Shown here: piece by piece, positions 40,892-53,559 of the stretch
Numbering within the stretch: position 1 is the first letter of the stretch
Layout: every line of letters starts with the position of its first letter
Source: Phormidium sp.
GTDB taxonomy: Bacteria; Cyanobacteriota; Cyanobacteriia; Cyanobacteriales; Aerosakkonemataceae
Assembly (NCBI GenBank): GCA_051013385.1
Contig: CP143273.1
Span: 1,248,001-1,312,000 of the forward strand
Reading direction: 5' to 3'
DNA length: 64,000 nucleotides
Position numbers and translations under genes: made by a program
The notes under the pieces: model-generated
Seen by the model: only the letters and a program-made list of their open reading frames with translations
What the model was told of the DNA's origin: nothing
Database searches by the model: none

Positions 40892-42367
40892 CTATTTATG
40901 CCGAATATGATCGTAAATCCCCACATATTGTGCGCCGGGATGATTCCATGAGTAGTCACATTCCATGCCTTGAATCATCAATTGGCGGAACAATTTCGGA
41001 GTTTTGTACCATAAGTCAATAGCGCGATCGATCGCCGATTCAATAGCCCCATTATCTGTCTGATAAAACACAAAACCATTGCGTTGTTTTTGGGGTTTAT
41101 TTTCGTCATAATCCCAATCAAAAACTGTGTTTACCAATCCGCCAACACCGCGAACAATTGGCACTGTGCCATATTTTAACCCAATCATTTGCGTCAGTCC
41201 GCAGGGTTCGTAATTGCTAGGGACGACAATCATATCGGCACCTGCATAAATTAAATGGGATAATTCCTCATTAAAACCCAGTTCTATGTGACAATCGGGA
41301 TTACTATCGAGGTGATTTTTTTCATGCCAAAACCAAGAATTAAGTCCCGGTTCGGTAGCTGCTCCCAATAACACGAATTGCGCCTTTTTATTTAAAGCGT
41401 AATAAATTGCATGATGGACTAAATGAACGCCTTTTTGGTCGTCTAATCTGCCGATGTAACAAATAATTGGTTTATCACAATGTTTGAGCAAAAGTCGTTC
41501 CCGGAGAGCTTTTTTATTCAGGGTTTTGCTTTTCAAATCATCGCTGCTGTAATGATAGGGAATGTAGCGATCGACCACCGGATTCCACACCTCATAATCA
41601 ATCCCATTGAGCACCCCACCAAACTTATGTTGATGATCGTACAAAGTCTTACCTAAACCGCAACCAACCTCAGTAAAACGAGCTTCCCAAGCATGGTGAG
41701 GCGAAACTGTATTCACAAAATTGGAGTAAACAATTCCACCCTTCATAAAATTGATCGCCGTTGGATGGGTATTATCCATTAAGCGATCTTCAGTAAAATA
41801 GTAAGGCTCATTATTTAATCCGGTTGCCCAAAGAACATTAGCACCTGCTACTCCTTGATGTTTAAAATTGTGAATTGTATAGGATACTCGTTGGTTTGCC
41901 ATGCCATGATATTTGTAAATTTCAAATAGCATGACTGGAACTAAACCTGTTTGCCAATCGTGGCAATGAATCACATCGGGGCGTTTATTAGTTACAAGGA
42001 GAAATTCTAAAGCCGCCTTACTGAAAAAGGCAAAGCGCAAATGATCGTCTAAACAACCGTAATAGCAACCCCGATTAAAGAAATTATCCTCCGAGAGAGG
42101 CTCGATAAAGAAGCATAACCGCCCATGTACCCAACCACAATCGACATTGCAGCGAATAGCGCCATCAAACCAAGGCACCATTAGATCGCGGTAGGCTTCA
42201 TGGATTCCCCAAATATGGTCATACCGCATACAATCGTACTTTGGCAGAATTAATTCTACCCCATGCCCCCGAATCTCTAGCTCTCTGCTGAGCCCGTAAA
42301 CTACATCGCCTAAGCCCCCTGCTTTAATCACAGGAGCGCATTCAGAGGCAATTTGTACAATGTACAT
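40892..42367 (-). CDS. glgA: Glycogen synthase
   Basis: KAGGLGDV, HCHDWQ, PSNYEPCGLTQ. Confidence 0.96.
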   Translation of the reverse strand: MYIVQIASECAPVIKAGGLGDVVYGLSRELEIRGHGVELILPKYDCMRYDHIWGIHEAYRDLMVPWFDGAIRCNVDCGWVHGRLCFFIEPLSEDNFFNRGCYYGCLDDHLRFAFFSKAALEFLLVTNKRPDVIHCHDWQTGLVPVMLFEIYKYHGMANQRVSYTIHNFKHQGVAGANVLWATGLNNEPYYFTEDRLMDNTHPTAINFMKGGIVYSNFVNTVSPHHAWEARFTEVGCGLGKTLYDHQHKFGGVLNGIDYEVWNPVVDRYIPYHYSSDDLKSKTLNKKALRERLLLKHCDKPIICYIGRLDDQKGVHLVHHAIYYALNKKAQFVLLGAATEPGLNSWFWHEKNHLDSNPDCHIELGFNEELSHLIYAGADMIVVPSNYEPCGLTQMIGLKYGTVPIVRGVGGLVNTVFDWDYDENKPQKQRNGFVFYQTDNGAIESAIDRAIDLWYKTPKLFRQLMIQGMECDYSWNHPGAQYVGIYDHIRHK

Positions 42368-42481
42368 CGTTAATCCTCACAGACTACAATCCCCGTCCTT
42401 AGAAAAGGATAATCTGTTTTGAGTACAGGAGAAAGTTTGGGGAGTTTTGAATTTTGAGTTTTGAGTTTTGAGTTAGGGAGA

Positions 42482-42553
42482 TTGTAGAGACGTTGTATAC
42501 AACGTCTCTACAAGGGTTTCAAGTAACGGATATTTAATTTCTGGAGATGTCTA
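42482..42553. repeat. GTAGAGACG palindrome with MITE-like end (TTCTGGAGATGTCTA)
   Basis: ttgtagagacgttgtatacaacgtctctacaa...ctggagatgtcta; similar end at ~18940. Confidence 0.75.
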
Positions 42554-42557
42554 CAGC

Positions 42558-44279
42558 TTATTCGCTAGTGCTGGCATGATTTTCAACTAATAAAAGTTGA
42601 GTACGATCGCGCTTTACCTGACAATCTAATTCTTGATTTTCATATTCATTCCCCGGAGCTTTGATTATTTTTTTTTGAGGCAATTGGGTTTCAGGGGTGC
42701 AACTGCTTAAGGGTAGATCGATCGTAAAAGTTGCCCCTTTACCTTCGCCTTCGCTTTGGGCTCTAATAGTTCCGCCATGTAATTCTACTAGGTGACGAGC
42801 GATCGCTAATCCTAAACCCAGTCCCCCATAAGGTCGGCTAATGCTGCTATTTCCTTGCCGGAAACTATCAAAAACATGAGGTAAAAATTCTGGAGTTATG
42901 CCAATACCTTGGTCAATTACTTGTAACTGAGCGTATTGATTACCTATTGATGTTTCGGTTGTTTCTCTTAATTTCAACCAGATTTCTATTGTTCCTGATT
43001 CGGAAGTAAACTTAATTGCATTAGAAAGTAAATTTGCCAGAACTTGTCTTAATCTTTCTGGATCTCCAGAAACTCTAAGCGCCTCTGGGTGTAAATAAGT
43101 TTTAATCTCTATTGACTTTTCCTCAGCTTGCAGGCGTGCTGTTTCTATAGTTACTTCAATTAAATTCTGTAAATTCACAGGTTGAAGCGATAACCGCAAA
43201 TTGCCTTGAATAATCTGCGAAACATCGAGAATATCATTAACTAACCGAGCTTGAGATCTGGCATTGCGTTCTATTGTTTCTAAAGCTTTTATTCTCGTTG
43301 ATTCATCAAATTTTTTCGTAACTAACAACCGCGACCAACCTAAAATTGAGTTTAATGGGGTGCGGAGTTCATGAGAAAGAATTGCTAAAAATTCATCTTT
43401 CATCCGGTTAGCTTCTTCCGCTTGCTGTCTGGCAGCGTGTTCCCGGATAAATTGTTCCCGTACTGCTTCCGCTTGTTTGCGTTCTGTAATGTCTTCAATT
43501 GTGCCCACATGACCTAACAATGTGCCACTATCGGAAAGCATCGGTGCGGTGCGAATATGTACCCAACCCAGGGATTTATCATGTTGATAAATGCGAAATT
43601 CTCCCGAATATGGTTGTCCTTGGCAAATAGAATTAGCCCATTCAATTAATAAGATATCTCTGTCTTCTGGTAAAGTCAGATTGGCAAATTCTCCACACCA
43701 ACTTTCCGCAGTAATAAAACCACAAATTGCTTGAAATCTAGGGTTACTATAGGTACATCTTCCCTGTGTATCAGTGAGAAATATGCCTACTGGAGAACAA
43801 GCGCTCAAGGTACGAAATCTCTCTTCGCTTTGTTTAAGTTCGGCATTCATTGCTGCTAGTTGTGCTGCTTGGTGTTGGACTTCTACATTTTTTTTGAATA
43901 GGTCAACAAATACGGATACTTTAGAATTTAATATAACTGGATCGATCGGTTTTAATAAATAATCTACTGCTCCTAAAGAATAACCTTTAAACATTAAGTT
44001 ATCGCTGCTACTAAAAGCTGTCAGGAAAATAATTGGTGTGTTGCGTGACCTTTCCCTTTGGCGAATCAAAGTAGCAGTTTCAAAACCATCCATTCCGGGC
44101 ATTTGTACATCTAACAAAATTACTGCAAAATCTTGATTCAGTAAACATCGTAAAGCTTCTGCGCCTGAACCTGCTTTGACTAAATTTTGCCCAAGTCCAT
44201 CTAATACTGCTTCTAATGCAATTAGATTTTCTGGGTGATCGTCTACTAACAGAACGTTTACTTTAGGTTCAAATTCCAT
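42558..44279 (-). CDS. Hybrid histidine kinase REC-PAS-HisKA-HATPase (C-terminal REC apparently truncated)
   Basis: [35 protein letters not shown]. Confidence 0.9.
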   Translation of the reverse strand: MEFEPKVNVLLVDDHPENLIALEAVLDGLGQNLVKAGSGAEALRCLLNQDFAVILLDVQMPGMDGFETATLIRQRERSRNTPIIFLTAFSSSDNLMFKGYSLGAVDYLLKPIDPVILNSKVSVFVDLFKKNVEVQHQAAQLAAMNAELKQSEERFRTLSACSPVGIFLTDTQGRCTYSNPRFQAICGFITAESWCGEFANLTLPEDRDILLIEWANSICQGQPYSGEFRIYQHDKSLGWVHIRTAPMLSDSGTLLGHVGTIEDITERKQAEAVREQFIREHAARQQAEEANRMKDEFLAILSHELRTPLNSILGWSRLLVTKKFDESTRIKALETIERNARSQARLVNDILDVSQIIQGNLRLSLQPVNLQNLIEVTIETARLQAEEKSIEIKTYLHPEALRVSGDPERLRQVLANLLSNAIKFTSESGTIEIWLKLRETTETSIGNQYAQLQVIDQGIGITPEFLPHVFDSFRQGNSSISRPYGGLGLGLAIARHLVELHGGTIRAQSEGEGKGATFTIDLPLSSCTPETQLPQKKIIKAPGNEYENQELDCQVKRDRTQLLLVENHASTSE

Positions 44280-44361
44280 ATACTTATTTCAACTGGGTAA
44301 GATGGCATATTTTTGGGGCTGGGAAAGATGAATTTTGAGTTAGCCGCGAGCGATTTTCCGT

Positions 44362-44937
44362 TCAAATTACCACTTGAGATTTGATTTGGGAACTTAGAAA
44401 AGGAGCTATTTCAGCTAAAGGTAAAATTTGCGGCATTTTTACTGCTTTAATCGCTGCTTCTGGCATAACTGGACATTCGGCTGTGGCTGGGTTTTGGACA
44501 ATTACTGTTCCTCCGTAAGCTTGAATTTTGGCTAATCCTTTGGCACCATCACTACTAGCTCCTGTTAAAATTATACCGATAACTTGCCGATCGTAAGCAT
44601 CAGCAGCCGACTCAAATAAAACATCAATTGATGGTCTAGCATAAGTGACGGGGGCATCTGTGGAAAGAGCAAAATAACCAGGTTCTACTAATAAATGATA
44701 GTCGGCTGGAGCTAAGAAAACTATTCCGGGAGTAATTGGTTGTTTGTCTTCTGCTTCTTTCACAGGTAAGAAACTAGTTTCTTGTAAATAGGTAATTAAT
44801 TCCCCATCAGAAGATTTATGACGATGTTGGGCGATCGCCACTGCCACAGGCAAATTTTTCGGTAATTGTGATAAAATTACCTCCAAAGCATTTAATCCGC
44901 CCAAAGATGCACCTATAACTACTATTTTAAAATCCAT
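44362..44937 (-). CDS. cheB: Stand-alone CheB methylesterase (no receiver)
   Basis: GASLGG (Ser), AQH (His), RPSIDVLF, LTGASSDG (Asp). Confidence 0.92.
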   Translation of the reverse strand: MDFKIVVIGASLGGLNALEVILSQLPKNLPVAVAIAQHRHKSSDGELITYLQETSFLPVKEAEDKQPITPGIVFLAPADYHLLVEPGYFALSTDAPVTYARPSIDVLFESAADAYDRQVIGIILTGASSDGAKGLAKIQAYGGTVIVQNPATAECPVMPEAAIKAVKMPQILPLAEIAPFLSSQIKSQVVI

Positions 44938-45770
44938 TAAGCGATCCTCCGGTAGATTTTTTCCTGACTATCTAACTCTTCATAATACTTTTCGTGAACC
45001 GTCGTTCTGAGTGTTTCATGTTTTCCTAATCCTAAAATGCCAAACCTGCGTAAGCTTTCGTATAGTAACTGATGTACTCGTTCTTGGAGGGTGCGATTAA
45101 AGTAAATTAAAACATTTCGGCAGAGAATTACATTAAATTCATTAAAAGAAGCGTCTGTGACTAAGTTATGGGGGGAAAAGACAATGTTTTCTCTTAAAAA
45201 AGAACGAATTATTGCGCCATCATAAGCGGCTGTATAATACTCGGAGAAATCACTTTTACCACCTGCCTGAAGATAGAGTTGGGTGTATTCTTTCATTAAA
45301 TCTAGAGGAATAATACCCGCTTTGGCTTTACGAAGTACAGCTTCATTCATATCTGTGGCGTAGATGCGACAACGGTGATATAGTCCTTCTTCAAACATGA
45401 GGATTGCTATAGAATAAACCTCCTCACCTGTAGAACAACCAGCGTGCCAAATCCGAATAAAAGGATAAGTTCGTAGTAAAGGAATTGCCTTATCTCTAAA
45501 GGCAACATAAAAACTCGGATCGCGGAACATTGAGGTGACATTTACCGACAAACCTAATAGAAACCGTTCCATACAAGCAGGATCGTGTAACACCTTTTCT
45601 TGTAATCCTGAGACGGTGTGCAGCTTTTCGGCTTGTATTATGTTCCAGATTCGACGTTTTAAGGATGCCATAGCGTAGTTACGAAAATCAAAACCATAGT
45701 AAAGATAAATGCCTTCGAGTAATAATTTAATTTCAATGTCTTCCAACTCATTTGGGTGTTTAGGGGACAT
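44937..45770 (-). CDS. cheR: CheR protein-glutamate O-methyltransferase
   Basis: VTSMFRD, IWHAGCSTGEE, CRNVLIYF. Confidence 0.94.
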   Translation of the reverse strand: MSPKHPNELEDIEIKLLLEGIYLYYGFDFRNYAMASLKRRIWNIIQAEKLHTVSGLQEKVLHDPACMERFLLGLSVNVTSMFRDPSFYVAFRDKAIPLLRTYPFIRIWHAGCSTGEEVYSIAILMFEEGLYHRCRIYATDMNEAVLRKAKAGIIPLDLMKEYTQLYLQAGGKSDFSEYYTAAYDGAIIRSFLRENIVFSPHNLVTDASFNEFNVILCRNVLIYFNRTLQERVHQLLYESLRRFGILGLGKHETLRTTVHEKYYEELDSQEKIYRRIA

Positions 45771-45843
45771 ATAACTGGGAAAAAAGATCGAGTAGGAAAT
45801 TTTCTATCTACCTTTCTTACTTTATCTTTATTTCCCTTAGTTG

Positions 45844-48800
45844 CTATCGATACAACCATACCCGTAATAACGAGATTAATTGGTCGTTATCGACGGGTTT
45901 GGTAATGTAATCTGAAGCACCTGCTTCGATACATTTTTCCCGATCGCCTTTCATTGCTTTGGCAGTTAAAGCAATCATCGGTAAATTTTGGAATTGTTCA
46001 ATTTGCCTTATTGCTTGCATAGTTTCATAACCATCCATTTCTGGCATCATGATATCCATTAGGATTAAGTCAATGTCTGGGTGATTTTGTAAGACGGAAA
46101 TTCCATCCCTACCGTTTTCGGCATAAAGTACTTGCATTTGATGACTTTCCAACATACTGGTGAGGGCGAAAATATTCCGCACGTCATCATCAACAATTAA
46201 AATTTTTTTCCCTGCTAAAATAGGTTCATTTTGTTGTAATTGTTCCAGCATTAATCGTTTGGGTGCTGGTAAATTAGCTTGTACCCGATGCAGGAATAAG
46301 GCAGTTTCATCTAACAACCGTTCTGGCGATCGCACTCCCTTAACAATAATCGTGTCAGAAATGCGGCGCAATTCGGTTTCTTCTTGGTTAGAAAGTTCTT
46401 TTCCGGTATAAACAATGATGGGTAAATTACCTAAATTTGGTTCTTGTTTGATTTGTTCAATTAGTTGTAACCCAGTCATATCTGGTAATCCCAAATCTAG
46501 CACCACACAATCAAACTGCCCTGATTTAAGTGTAGTTAAAGCTTCTGCACCCGTAGCGACACCAGTGCTAACGACATCACTATTACCGATTAATTCGATA
46601 ATGCTTTGGCGTTGAATTTGGTCATCTTCTACGATTAGTAAATTCTTGACTGGACGTTCGACAAATTCTTTAATTTTGGCAAAAGCATTACCCAGTGCTT
46701 CGCTACTAATTGGTTTTTGTAAATAAGCGAGTGCTCCTTGTTGTAAACTCCGATGTTTCCCTTCTTCCACTGACATAATATGTACGGGAATATGGCGGGT
46801 ATTGGGGTCATGTTTTAAGCGATCGAGCACCGTCCAACCATCCATAATTGGCAGACGAATATCGAGGATAATAGCTGTTGGTTTGAATTCCCTCGCCATC
46901 GCTAAACCTTGATCGCCTCGGGTTGCTACTAATGCTTTAAAACCTTGTTCTTTGACCATATCTCGTAAAATTTTGGCAAATTTCAGGTCATCTTCCACTA
47001 TTAGCAGAGTGCGATCCCCAGGCTGGATTTGATCGCGATCGTCCTCAATTTCTCGCACCTCTATATTTACAACTGGAGGTTGAGAATTACTCAATTTTTC
47101 CCCGCTTCCATTATTTTTTGCAGTGAGAGAAACTAAGGGAGTAGTTTCTTCCTTATTCTTTCGATCTTCACCATCTCGTCGATTTTTTACTCCCTCTTGA
47201 GATAGGTATGTTTGCGGCAGATAAAGTGTGAAGGTACTACCCTTGCCAACTTCACTGCTCAGCTTGATTTCGCCACCCAATAACCGGGCAATTTCTCGAC
47301 TTATTGATAATCCTAAACCCGTTCCGCCATACTTCCGACTCGTAGTACCGTCTGCTTGTTGGAAAGCTTCAAAAATGATTTGTTGTTTTTCCGGGGGAAT
47401 GCCAATTCCGGTGTCTGTCACGGCAAAAGCAATTACCATGTTGGCATGGTTAAGATTTGACTGTTCGGGACTCCAACCTTGAGTTGCTACTCTTACATTT
47501 ACGGTAACTTGACCTCTTTCGGTAAACTTAAAGGCGTTAGCTAAGAGGTTTTTCAATATTTGTTGGAGTCGCTTAGAATCGGTGTAAATTGCTCTCGGTA
47601 ATCCTGAGTCAAATTGCAGGTTAAAGTCGAGTTTTTTATCTTGCGCTACTTGGCGAAAATTCCTTTCAACGTGACTTTGTAAATCGACAAATAATGTCTG
47701 GTCTACTTCAACGGACATTGTGCCAGACTCAATTTTGGCTAAGTCGAGAATATCGTTAATTAATCCCAACAAATCGTTACCAGCTGAATAAATTGTCCGG
47801 GCATATTCAACTTGTTTTTCCGAAAGATTGCGATCGCTGTTGTCGGTTAACAGTCGGGCTAAAATTAACAAACTGTTCAACGGTGTCCGTAATTCGTGAG
47901 ACATATTTGCCAAGAATTCGGACTTGTAGCGCGAGGTCAAAGCTAATTGTTCGGCTTTTTCTTCTAAGGAAATTCTCGCTTGTTCAATTTCCCGGTTCTT
48001 CCGTTCCACTTCCCGTTTTTGGACTGCTAACAATTCGGCTTTTTCTTCTAATTCTTCATTAGTTTGTTGCAGTTGTTCTTGTTGGCGCTTGAGTAATTCT
48101 TCGGAAGCTTGGAGAGTTTTCGCTTGTTGTTCGAGACGTTGGTTAGTTTCGGTGAGTTCTTTTTGTTGACTGCGTAGTTCTTCCGCCAAAGATTGCGATT
48201 GTTTCAGCAATTCTTCTGTCCGCATACTGGCGGCGATCGTATTTAGCACTATAGCAATACTCTCCGTGAGTTGGTCGAAGAAAGTTAAGTGAATTTCGCT
48301 AAAGCGGCGGAAAGATGCCAGTTCAATTACTGCGGTAACTTGTCCCTCAAACAACACGGGTAAAACTACCGCATTTAACGGCGGTGATTCACCCAAACCG
48401 GAACTTATCTTAATGTAATCTCCGGGAACTTCCGTGATTAAAATCCGTTCTTTTTCTAGGGCACATTGTCCGACTAAACCTTCACCTAAATGGAAACGGT
48501 TAGCTAATTTCTTGCGTTCCCGATAAGCGTAAGTGCTGAGTAATTTTAAGAACGGGTTGTGATTTTCGCCATTTTCCATCAAGTAGAATACGCCATGTTG
48601 AGCGGAAACTAACGGCGCGAGTTCCGATAAAATCAGTTTGGAAACTGTTTCCAAATCTCGTTGACCTTGCAACATTCTGGTAAATTTGGCGAGATTTGTT
48701 TTTAACCAGTCTTGTTCGGTATTCTTTTGGGTAGTTTCGCGCAAGTTGGCGATCATTTGGTTGATGTTATCTTTCAAGGCGGCGACTTCACCTTGCGCTT

Positions 48801-51800
48801 CCACTGCAATAGAACGAGTCAAGTCACCTTTTGTTACTGCTGTGGCAACTTCTGCGATCGCTCTCACCTGCGTAGTAAGATTAGCTGCAAGTTCGTTCAC
48901 GTTGTCCGTTAACGCCCGCCACGTTCCCGAAGCGCCAGGTACTTTCGCCTGTCCCCCCAGTTTTCCTTCTATTCCCACTTCTCGCGCAACTGTAGTAACT
49001 TGATCTGCAAAAGTCGCCAACGTATCGATCATTTCGTTGATCGTATCCGCCAGAGTTTCAATTTCTCCCTTCGCCTCTAGCATTAACTTCCGTTTCAAGT
49101 CGCCATTCGCCACCGCCGTCACGACTTTGGCGATACCCCGAACTTGGGCGGTTAAATTTCCCGCCATCGAATTCACGCTATCCGTTAAGTCTTTCCAAGT
49201 TCCGGCAACTCCTTTTACATCCGCTTGTCCGCCCAAAATTCCGTCCGTTCCCACTTCCCTCGCTACCCGCGTTACCTCCGACGCGAACGAGTTAAGTTGA
49301 TCCACCATCACGTTGATCGTGTTTTTCAGATCGAGAATTTCCCCTTTCACATCAACGGTAATTTTCTTCGACAAGTCGCCATTCGCCACCGCCTTTGTCA
49401 CTTCCGCGATGTTCCTCACTTGGGCGGTTAAATTTCCCGCCATCGAGTTTACATTGTCCGTGAGGTCTTTCCAAATTCCCGCCACCCCTCGCACATAAGC
49501 TTGAACTCCCAGTTTTCCTTCGCTTCCCACTTCTCTAGCAACTCTTGTTACTTCCGACGCAAAGGCGGAAAGTTGATCCACCATCGTATTAATAGTGTTT
49601 TTCAACTCTAAAATTTCGCCTTTCACATCAACGGTAATTTTCTTCGACAAGTCGCCATTCGCCACCGCCGTTGTCACTTCGGCGATGTTCCGAACTTGGG
49701 CGGTAAGACTACTTGCCATGAAGTTCACGCTGTCAGTTAAATCTTTCCAAGTTCCCGCAACTCCCCGAACTTCTGCTTGAACTCCCAGTTTTCCTTCCGT
49801 TCCGACTTCCCTCGCAACTCTCGTTACTTCCGAAGCAAAGGAGTTAAGTTGATCCACCATTGTATTGACGGTGTTTTTCAACTCTAAAATTTCCCCTTTC
49901 ACATCAACGGTAATTTTCTTGGATAAGTCGCCGTTCGCTACCGCCGTCGTCACCGCTGCGATGTTCCGAACTTGGGCGGTTAAACTTCCCGCCATGAAGT
50001 TTACGCTATCAGTTAAGTCTTTCCAAGATCCCGCAACGCCGCGAACATCTGCTTGTACTCCGAGTTTCCCTTCGCTTCCTACTTCCCTAGCAACTTTGGT
50101 GACTTCGGAAACAAATCCCGAAAGTTGATCGACCATTGTATTAACGGTGTTTTTCAACTCCAGAATTTCGCCTTTAACTGCTACAGTAATTTTCTTAGAA
50201 AGGTCGCCTTTTGCGATCGCAGTTGCCACCTCAGCAATGTTCCTCACTTGCGCGGTTAAATTTCCCGCCATCGAGTTCACGTTATCTGTTAAGTCTTTCC
50301 AAGTTCCCGCAACTCCCTTAACTTCCGCTTGAACTCCCAGTTTTCCTTCCGTTCCGACTTCTCTCGCTACCCTTGTTACTTCCGATGCAAAGGAACTTAA
50401 CTGATCCACCATTGTATTTATGGTGTTTTTCAGTTCGAGAATTTCACCTTTAACATCTACTGTAATTTTCTTAGATAAGTCACCACCTGCGATCGCAGTC
50501 GCAACTTCCGCAATGTTCCGAACTTGCGCGGTTAAATTATCCGCCATCGAGTTGACGTTATCCGTTAAGTCTTTCCAAGTTCCCGCAACTCCCTTAACTT
50601 CCGCTTGAACTCCCAGTTTTCCTTCCGTTCCCACTTCCCTGGCAACTCTCGTTACTTCCGATGCAAAGGAGTTAAGTTGATCCACCATGACGTTAATAGT
50701 GTTCTTCAACTCCAAAATTTCGCCTTTCACATCAACAGTAATTTTCTTGGAAAGATTGCCATTTGCTACCGCCGTTGTCACTTCCGCAATGTTCCGAACT
50801 TGGGCGGTTAAACTTCCCGCCATAAAATTCACACTATCAGTTAAATCTTTCCAAGTTCCCGCAACTCCCGGAACTTGCGCTTGTCCCCCCAGTTTCCCTT
50901 CTGCGCCAACTTCCCTCGCTACCCGCGTTACTTCCGAAGCGAAGGAGTTAAGCTGATCCACCATTATATTAATAGTGCTCTTTAACTCGAAAATTTCCCC
51001 TTTAACATCAACTGTAATTTTCTTAGAAAGGTCGCCGTTTGCTACCGCCGTTGTCACTTCTGCAATGTTCCGAACTTGGGCGGTTAAATTTCCCGCCATC
51101 GAGTTTACCGAGTCCGTCAAATCTTTCCAAGTCCCCGCAACTCCTTTAACTTCCGCTTGAACTCCCAGTTTTCCTTCCGTTCCCACTTCTCGCGCAACTC
51201 TGGTAACTTCACTCGCAAAGGAGTTAAGTTGATCCACCATGACGTTGATCGTATTTTTTAGTTCTAAAATCTCGCCTTTAACATTAACTGTAATTTTCTT
51301 GGAAAGGTCGCCGTTTGCTACCGCCGTTGTCACTTCCGCAATGTTCCGAACTTGGGCGGTTAAGTTTCCCGCCATCGAGTTTACCGAGTCCGTTAAATCT
51401 TTCCAAGTTCCGGCCACTCCCCGAACTTCTGCTTGAACTCCCAGTTTTCCTTCCGTTCCCACTTCCCTGGCAACTCTGGTAACTTCACCCGCAAAGGAGT
51501 TAAGTTGTTCTACCATTGTGTTAACGATTTGGGCAGTTTGGAGAAACTCTCCGCGCAAAGGTCGATTTTCGATTTCTGTAGGAATTGTTTGGGATAAGTC
51601 GCCGTTAGCAACTGCGCGAATTACTCTAGCAGTTTCAGCTGTCGGTTGTACTAAGTCGGTGATTAAAGTATTGAGTGATTCGATCGAACTTTTCCAAGCA
51701 CCTTTAACACTCCCGCCCAAAGAGGCACGTTCGTAAATTTTCCCATCTTTGCCGACGACATTGCTAATGCGATCGAGTTCCGCCGCCATGCGTTCGTTCA

Positions 51801-51963
51801 TGTCAATAATATCATTGAGAGTGTCGGCAATTTTCCCCGCCATGCCTGTTTGGTCGATCGGCATTCGCGCCCCGAAGTTGCCTTTTTTGACTTCGGTTAA
51901 TGTTCTTAACAGTTGCTTGAGGTCAAGTTCATCGCTATCTATAGTTGCTTGTGCCGTTGCCAT
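45844..51963 (-). CDS. Poly-HAMP-GAF-HisKA-HATPase-3xREC hybrid histidine kinase (OsaA/fungal group III-like)
   Basis: Ten 92-aa (276-bp) VAREVG/WKDLTD units plus a divergent N-terminal unit; SHELRTPL; three receiver domains. Confidence 0.93.
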   Translation of the reverse strand: MATAQATIDSDELDLKQLLRTLTEVKKGNFGARMPIDQTGMAGKIADTLNDIIDMNERMAAELDRISNVVGKDGKIYERASLGGSVKGAWKSSIESLNTLITDLVQPTAETARVIRAVANGDLSQTIPTEIENRPLRGEFLQTAQIVNTMVEQLNSFAGEVTRVAREVGTEGKLGVQAEVRGVAGTWKDLTDSVNSMAGNLTAQVRNIAEVTTAVANGDLSKKITVNVKGEILELKNTINVMVDQLNSFASEVTRVAREVGTEGKLGVQAEVKGVAGTWKDLTDSVNSMAGNLTAQVRNIAEVTTAVANGDLSKKITVDVKGEIFELKSTINIMVDQLNSFASEVTRVAREVGAEGKLGGQAQVPGVAGTWKDLTDSVNFMAGSLTAQVRNIAEVTTAVANGNLSKKITVDVKGEILELKNTINVMVDQLNSFASEVTRVAREVGTEGKLGVQAEVKGVAGTWKDLTDNVNSMADNLTAQVRNIAEVATAIAGGDLSKKITVDVKGEILELKNTINTMVDQLSSFASEVTRVAREVGTEGKLGVQAEVKGVAGTWKDLTDNVNSMAGNLTAQVRNIAEVATAIAKGDLSKKITVAVKGEILELKNTVNTMVDQLSGFVSEVTKVAREVGSEGKLGVQADVRGVAGSWKDLTDSVNFMAGSLTAQVRNIAAVTTAVANGDLSKKITVDVKGEILELKNTVNTMVDQLNSFASEVTRVAREVGTEGKLGVQAEVRGVAGTWKDLTDSVNFMASSLTAQVRNIAEVTTAVANGDLSKKITVDVKGEILELKNTINTMVDQLSAFASEVTRVAREVGSEGKLGVQAYVRGVAGIWKDLTDNVNSMAGNLTAQVRNIAEVTKAVANGDLSKKITVDVKGEILDLKNTINVMVDQLNSFASEVTRVAREVGTDGILGGQADVKGVAGTWKDLTDSVNSMAGNLTAQVRGIAKVVTAVANGDLKRKLMLEAKGEIETLADTINEMIDTLATFADQVTTVAREVGIEGKLGGQAKVPGASGTWRALTDNVNELAANLTTQVRAIAEVATAVTKGDLTRSIAVEAQGEVAALKDNINQMIANLRETTQKNTEQDWLKTNLAKFTRMLQGQRDLETVSKLILSELAPLVSAQHGVFYLMENGENHNPFLKLLSTYAYRERKKLANRFHLGEGLVGQCALEKERILITEVPGDYIKISSGLGESPPLNAVVLPVLFEGQVTAVIELASFRRFSEIHLTFFDQLTESIAIVLNTIAASMRTEELLKQSQSLAEELRSQQKELTETNQRLEQQAKTLQASEELLKRQQEQLQQTNEELEEKAELLAVQKREVERKNREIEQARISLEEKAEQLALTSRYKSEFLANMSHELRTPLNSLLILARLLTDNSDRNLSEKQVEYARTIYSAGNDLLGLINDILDLAKIESGTMSVEVDQTLFVDLQSHVERNFRQVAQDKKLDFNLQFDSGLPRAIYTDSKRLQQILKNLLANAFKFTERGQVTVNVRVATQGWSPEQSNLNHANMVIAFAVTDTGIGIPPEKQQIIFEAFQQADGTTSRKYGGTGLGLSISREIARLLGGEIKLSSEVGKGSTFTLYLPQTYLSQEGVKNRRDGEDRKNKEETTPLVSLTAKNNGSGEKLSNSQPPVVNIEVREIEDDRDQIQPGDRTLLIVEDDLKFAKILRDMVKEQGFKALVATRGDQGLAMAREFKPTAIILDIRLPIMDGWTVLDRLKHDPNTRHIPVHIMSVEEGKHRSLQQGALAYLQKPISSEALGNAFAKIKEFVERPVKNLLIVEDDQIQRQSIIELIGNSDVVSTGVATGAEALTTLKSGQFDCVVLDLGLPDMTGLQLIEQIKQEPNLGNLPIIVYTGKELSNQEETELRRISDTIIVKGVRSPERLLDETALFLHRVQANLPAPKRLMLEQLQQNEPILAGKKILIVDDDVRNIFALTSMLESHQMQVLYAENGRDGISVLQNHPDIDLILMDIMMPEMDGYETMQAIRQIEQFQNLPMIALTAKAMKGDREKCIEAGASDYITKPVDNDQLISLLRVWLYR

Positions 51964-52184
51964 AGTCTTTTCTTTAATCTGTGCTTTTATTTATGGTTAT
52001 TCCTTTAGACTTCCGTCTTCTTGCAGTAGCGAAAGCGCCAAAGTTACATCTGGCACAATTATCCAGCGCAATCCGGGATCAATGCTCTCTATCTCAGGGT
52101 AGATGTAGGATCTCTTCTTAAATTTTTGTTACTAATGGTGGCAATTGTCACTAAAAATGTAACTAGATCGCGGTAGGTAACTCT

Positions 52185-52691
52185 TCAAAATCTCACCAAA
52201 GATAGAACTCTGTGGACTTCATTTTCTGTGGCAGAGATCGGTAAAGCAGCATCTAATTTCCCTGCCGGATCGCCAGGTCGAATAAACCCAGCATTTACCT
52301 TAGCTCCTAACATTAAAGTAAATGGATTAGAATAAACTCCAGAACCGTGCATTTGGATCGCTAAATCGAATTGTTCTGCTTGCATTTCTTGAAAAAATGC
52401 CACAACTTTTCGAGGGTCAAAAAACTGTTCTGCCATCCCTAAAAAGCCGGGGAAAGGAATGAAGCGATCGATCTGTGGCGATCGTGCAACTAACTGGGCC
52501 ACAAAAGGCATAGCAATTAAACTAATCTCCGCCAAAGGTAAAGCATTTCTAATAGCCCGAAAAGCCGGAGTAGCACAAACAAAATCACCAATTCGAGAGG
52601 CCCGAACTAAAGCAATTTTGCGCGGAGTTTCCGGTAAACGAAATAGTAGCCCAGGTAAATCATTAGATATGCTAAAGAAAATAGCAACCAA
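52185..52691 (-). pseudogene. C-terminally truncated GT9 glycosyltransferase
   Basis: IGDFVCATP, DLAIQMHGSG; paralog of 61953-63029 but stops at 168 aa. Confidence 0.8.
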
Positions 52692-52845
52692 AGCCGGAGA
52701 AAAATTTAACTATTTTTCCCCGGTTTTCGTAATGAAGATTAAAAAAACGCTACAACCGGAGTCAACATAAATTAATTTAAGCTAAAATTAAGCCGATTAA
52801 CTTTAAATCTATGGTTAAACTATTTGAGGAGTTAGACAAAATATT

Positions 52846-53559
52846 ATGTTCGAGCAAGGTTTACAAAGAGTAGTTAATCGCCTCAATGCTAATTTATCTC
52901 GTGACTCATTAGTACAGAAAACCACAAATGATTTAAGAGAATTTCTTCAGGTCGATCGAGTAGTTTTATATTACGATGCGGCTCAAGTTATTGACGCTGC
53001 ACGAACTACTATTGTTGCTATTGAGAAAGGAGAACGTCGCCTTAAACCAAAAGAGTTAATTAAACTGGCTCGTGCTTATGGAAAGGCTGTTAGTGACTTT
53101 GTTAGACCTAGCCCTGTAATTGAGCCTTTTGAAGTTCAATTTCGAGCAGTTTATCGGCGGACTGATGAGGAAGAAGCGCAGATTAATCCGATTATTTTGC
53201 GGTTAGAAGAGTTGTGCCGCAACTATTTGGAACTTGAGAAAATTATGGATGCTCCTCTTCCTCGGAATTACCCTCAAGAGTATGAGGTAACGAATATGCC
53301 GATCGCAACTGCCGCCGAAAGTATTGCTATTGCAGAACGTCAACGTTTAGGACTTGGTGATGGCCCGATTCCGGTTCTTCGAGACGTTTTAGAACAAAGT
53401 GTTGGACTGCGTATTTTTTACTTACAAATGCCATCTAAATATTCGGGGATATACAGCTACGATGAACAAATTGGCGGCTGTATAGCTATTAATGCCAACC
53501 ACCCAGAGGAGCGACGACGTTGGTCGCTGGCTCACGAATATCTTCACTTTCTTGTGTGA
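52846..53559 (+). pseudogene. Chimera: GAF N-terminus fused to a partial XRE-HTH and truncated ImmA/IrrE (M78) peptidase
   Basis: LQVDRVVLYY|DAAQVIDAARTTIVAIEKGER; RRRWSLAHEYLH followed almost at once by a stop. Confidence 0.75.

Noticed and set aside
48686..52102. Series of similar plus-strand ORFs at 276-bp spacing, resembling a cassette array
   Set aside because: Antisense shadows of the HAMP repeats in the kinase
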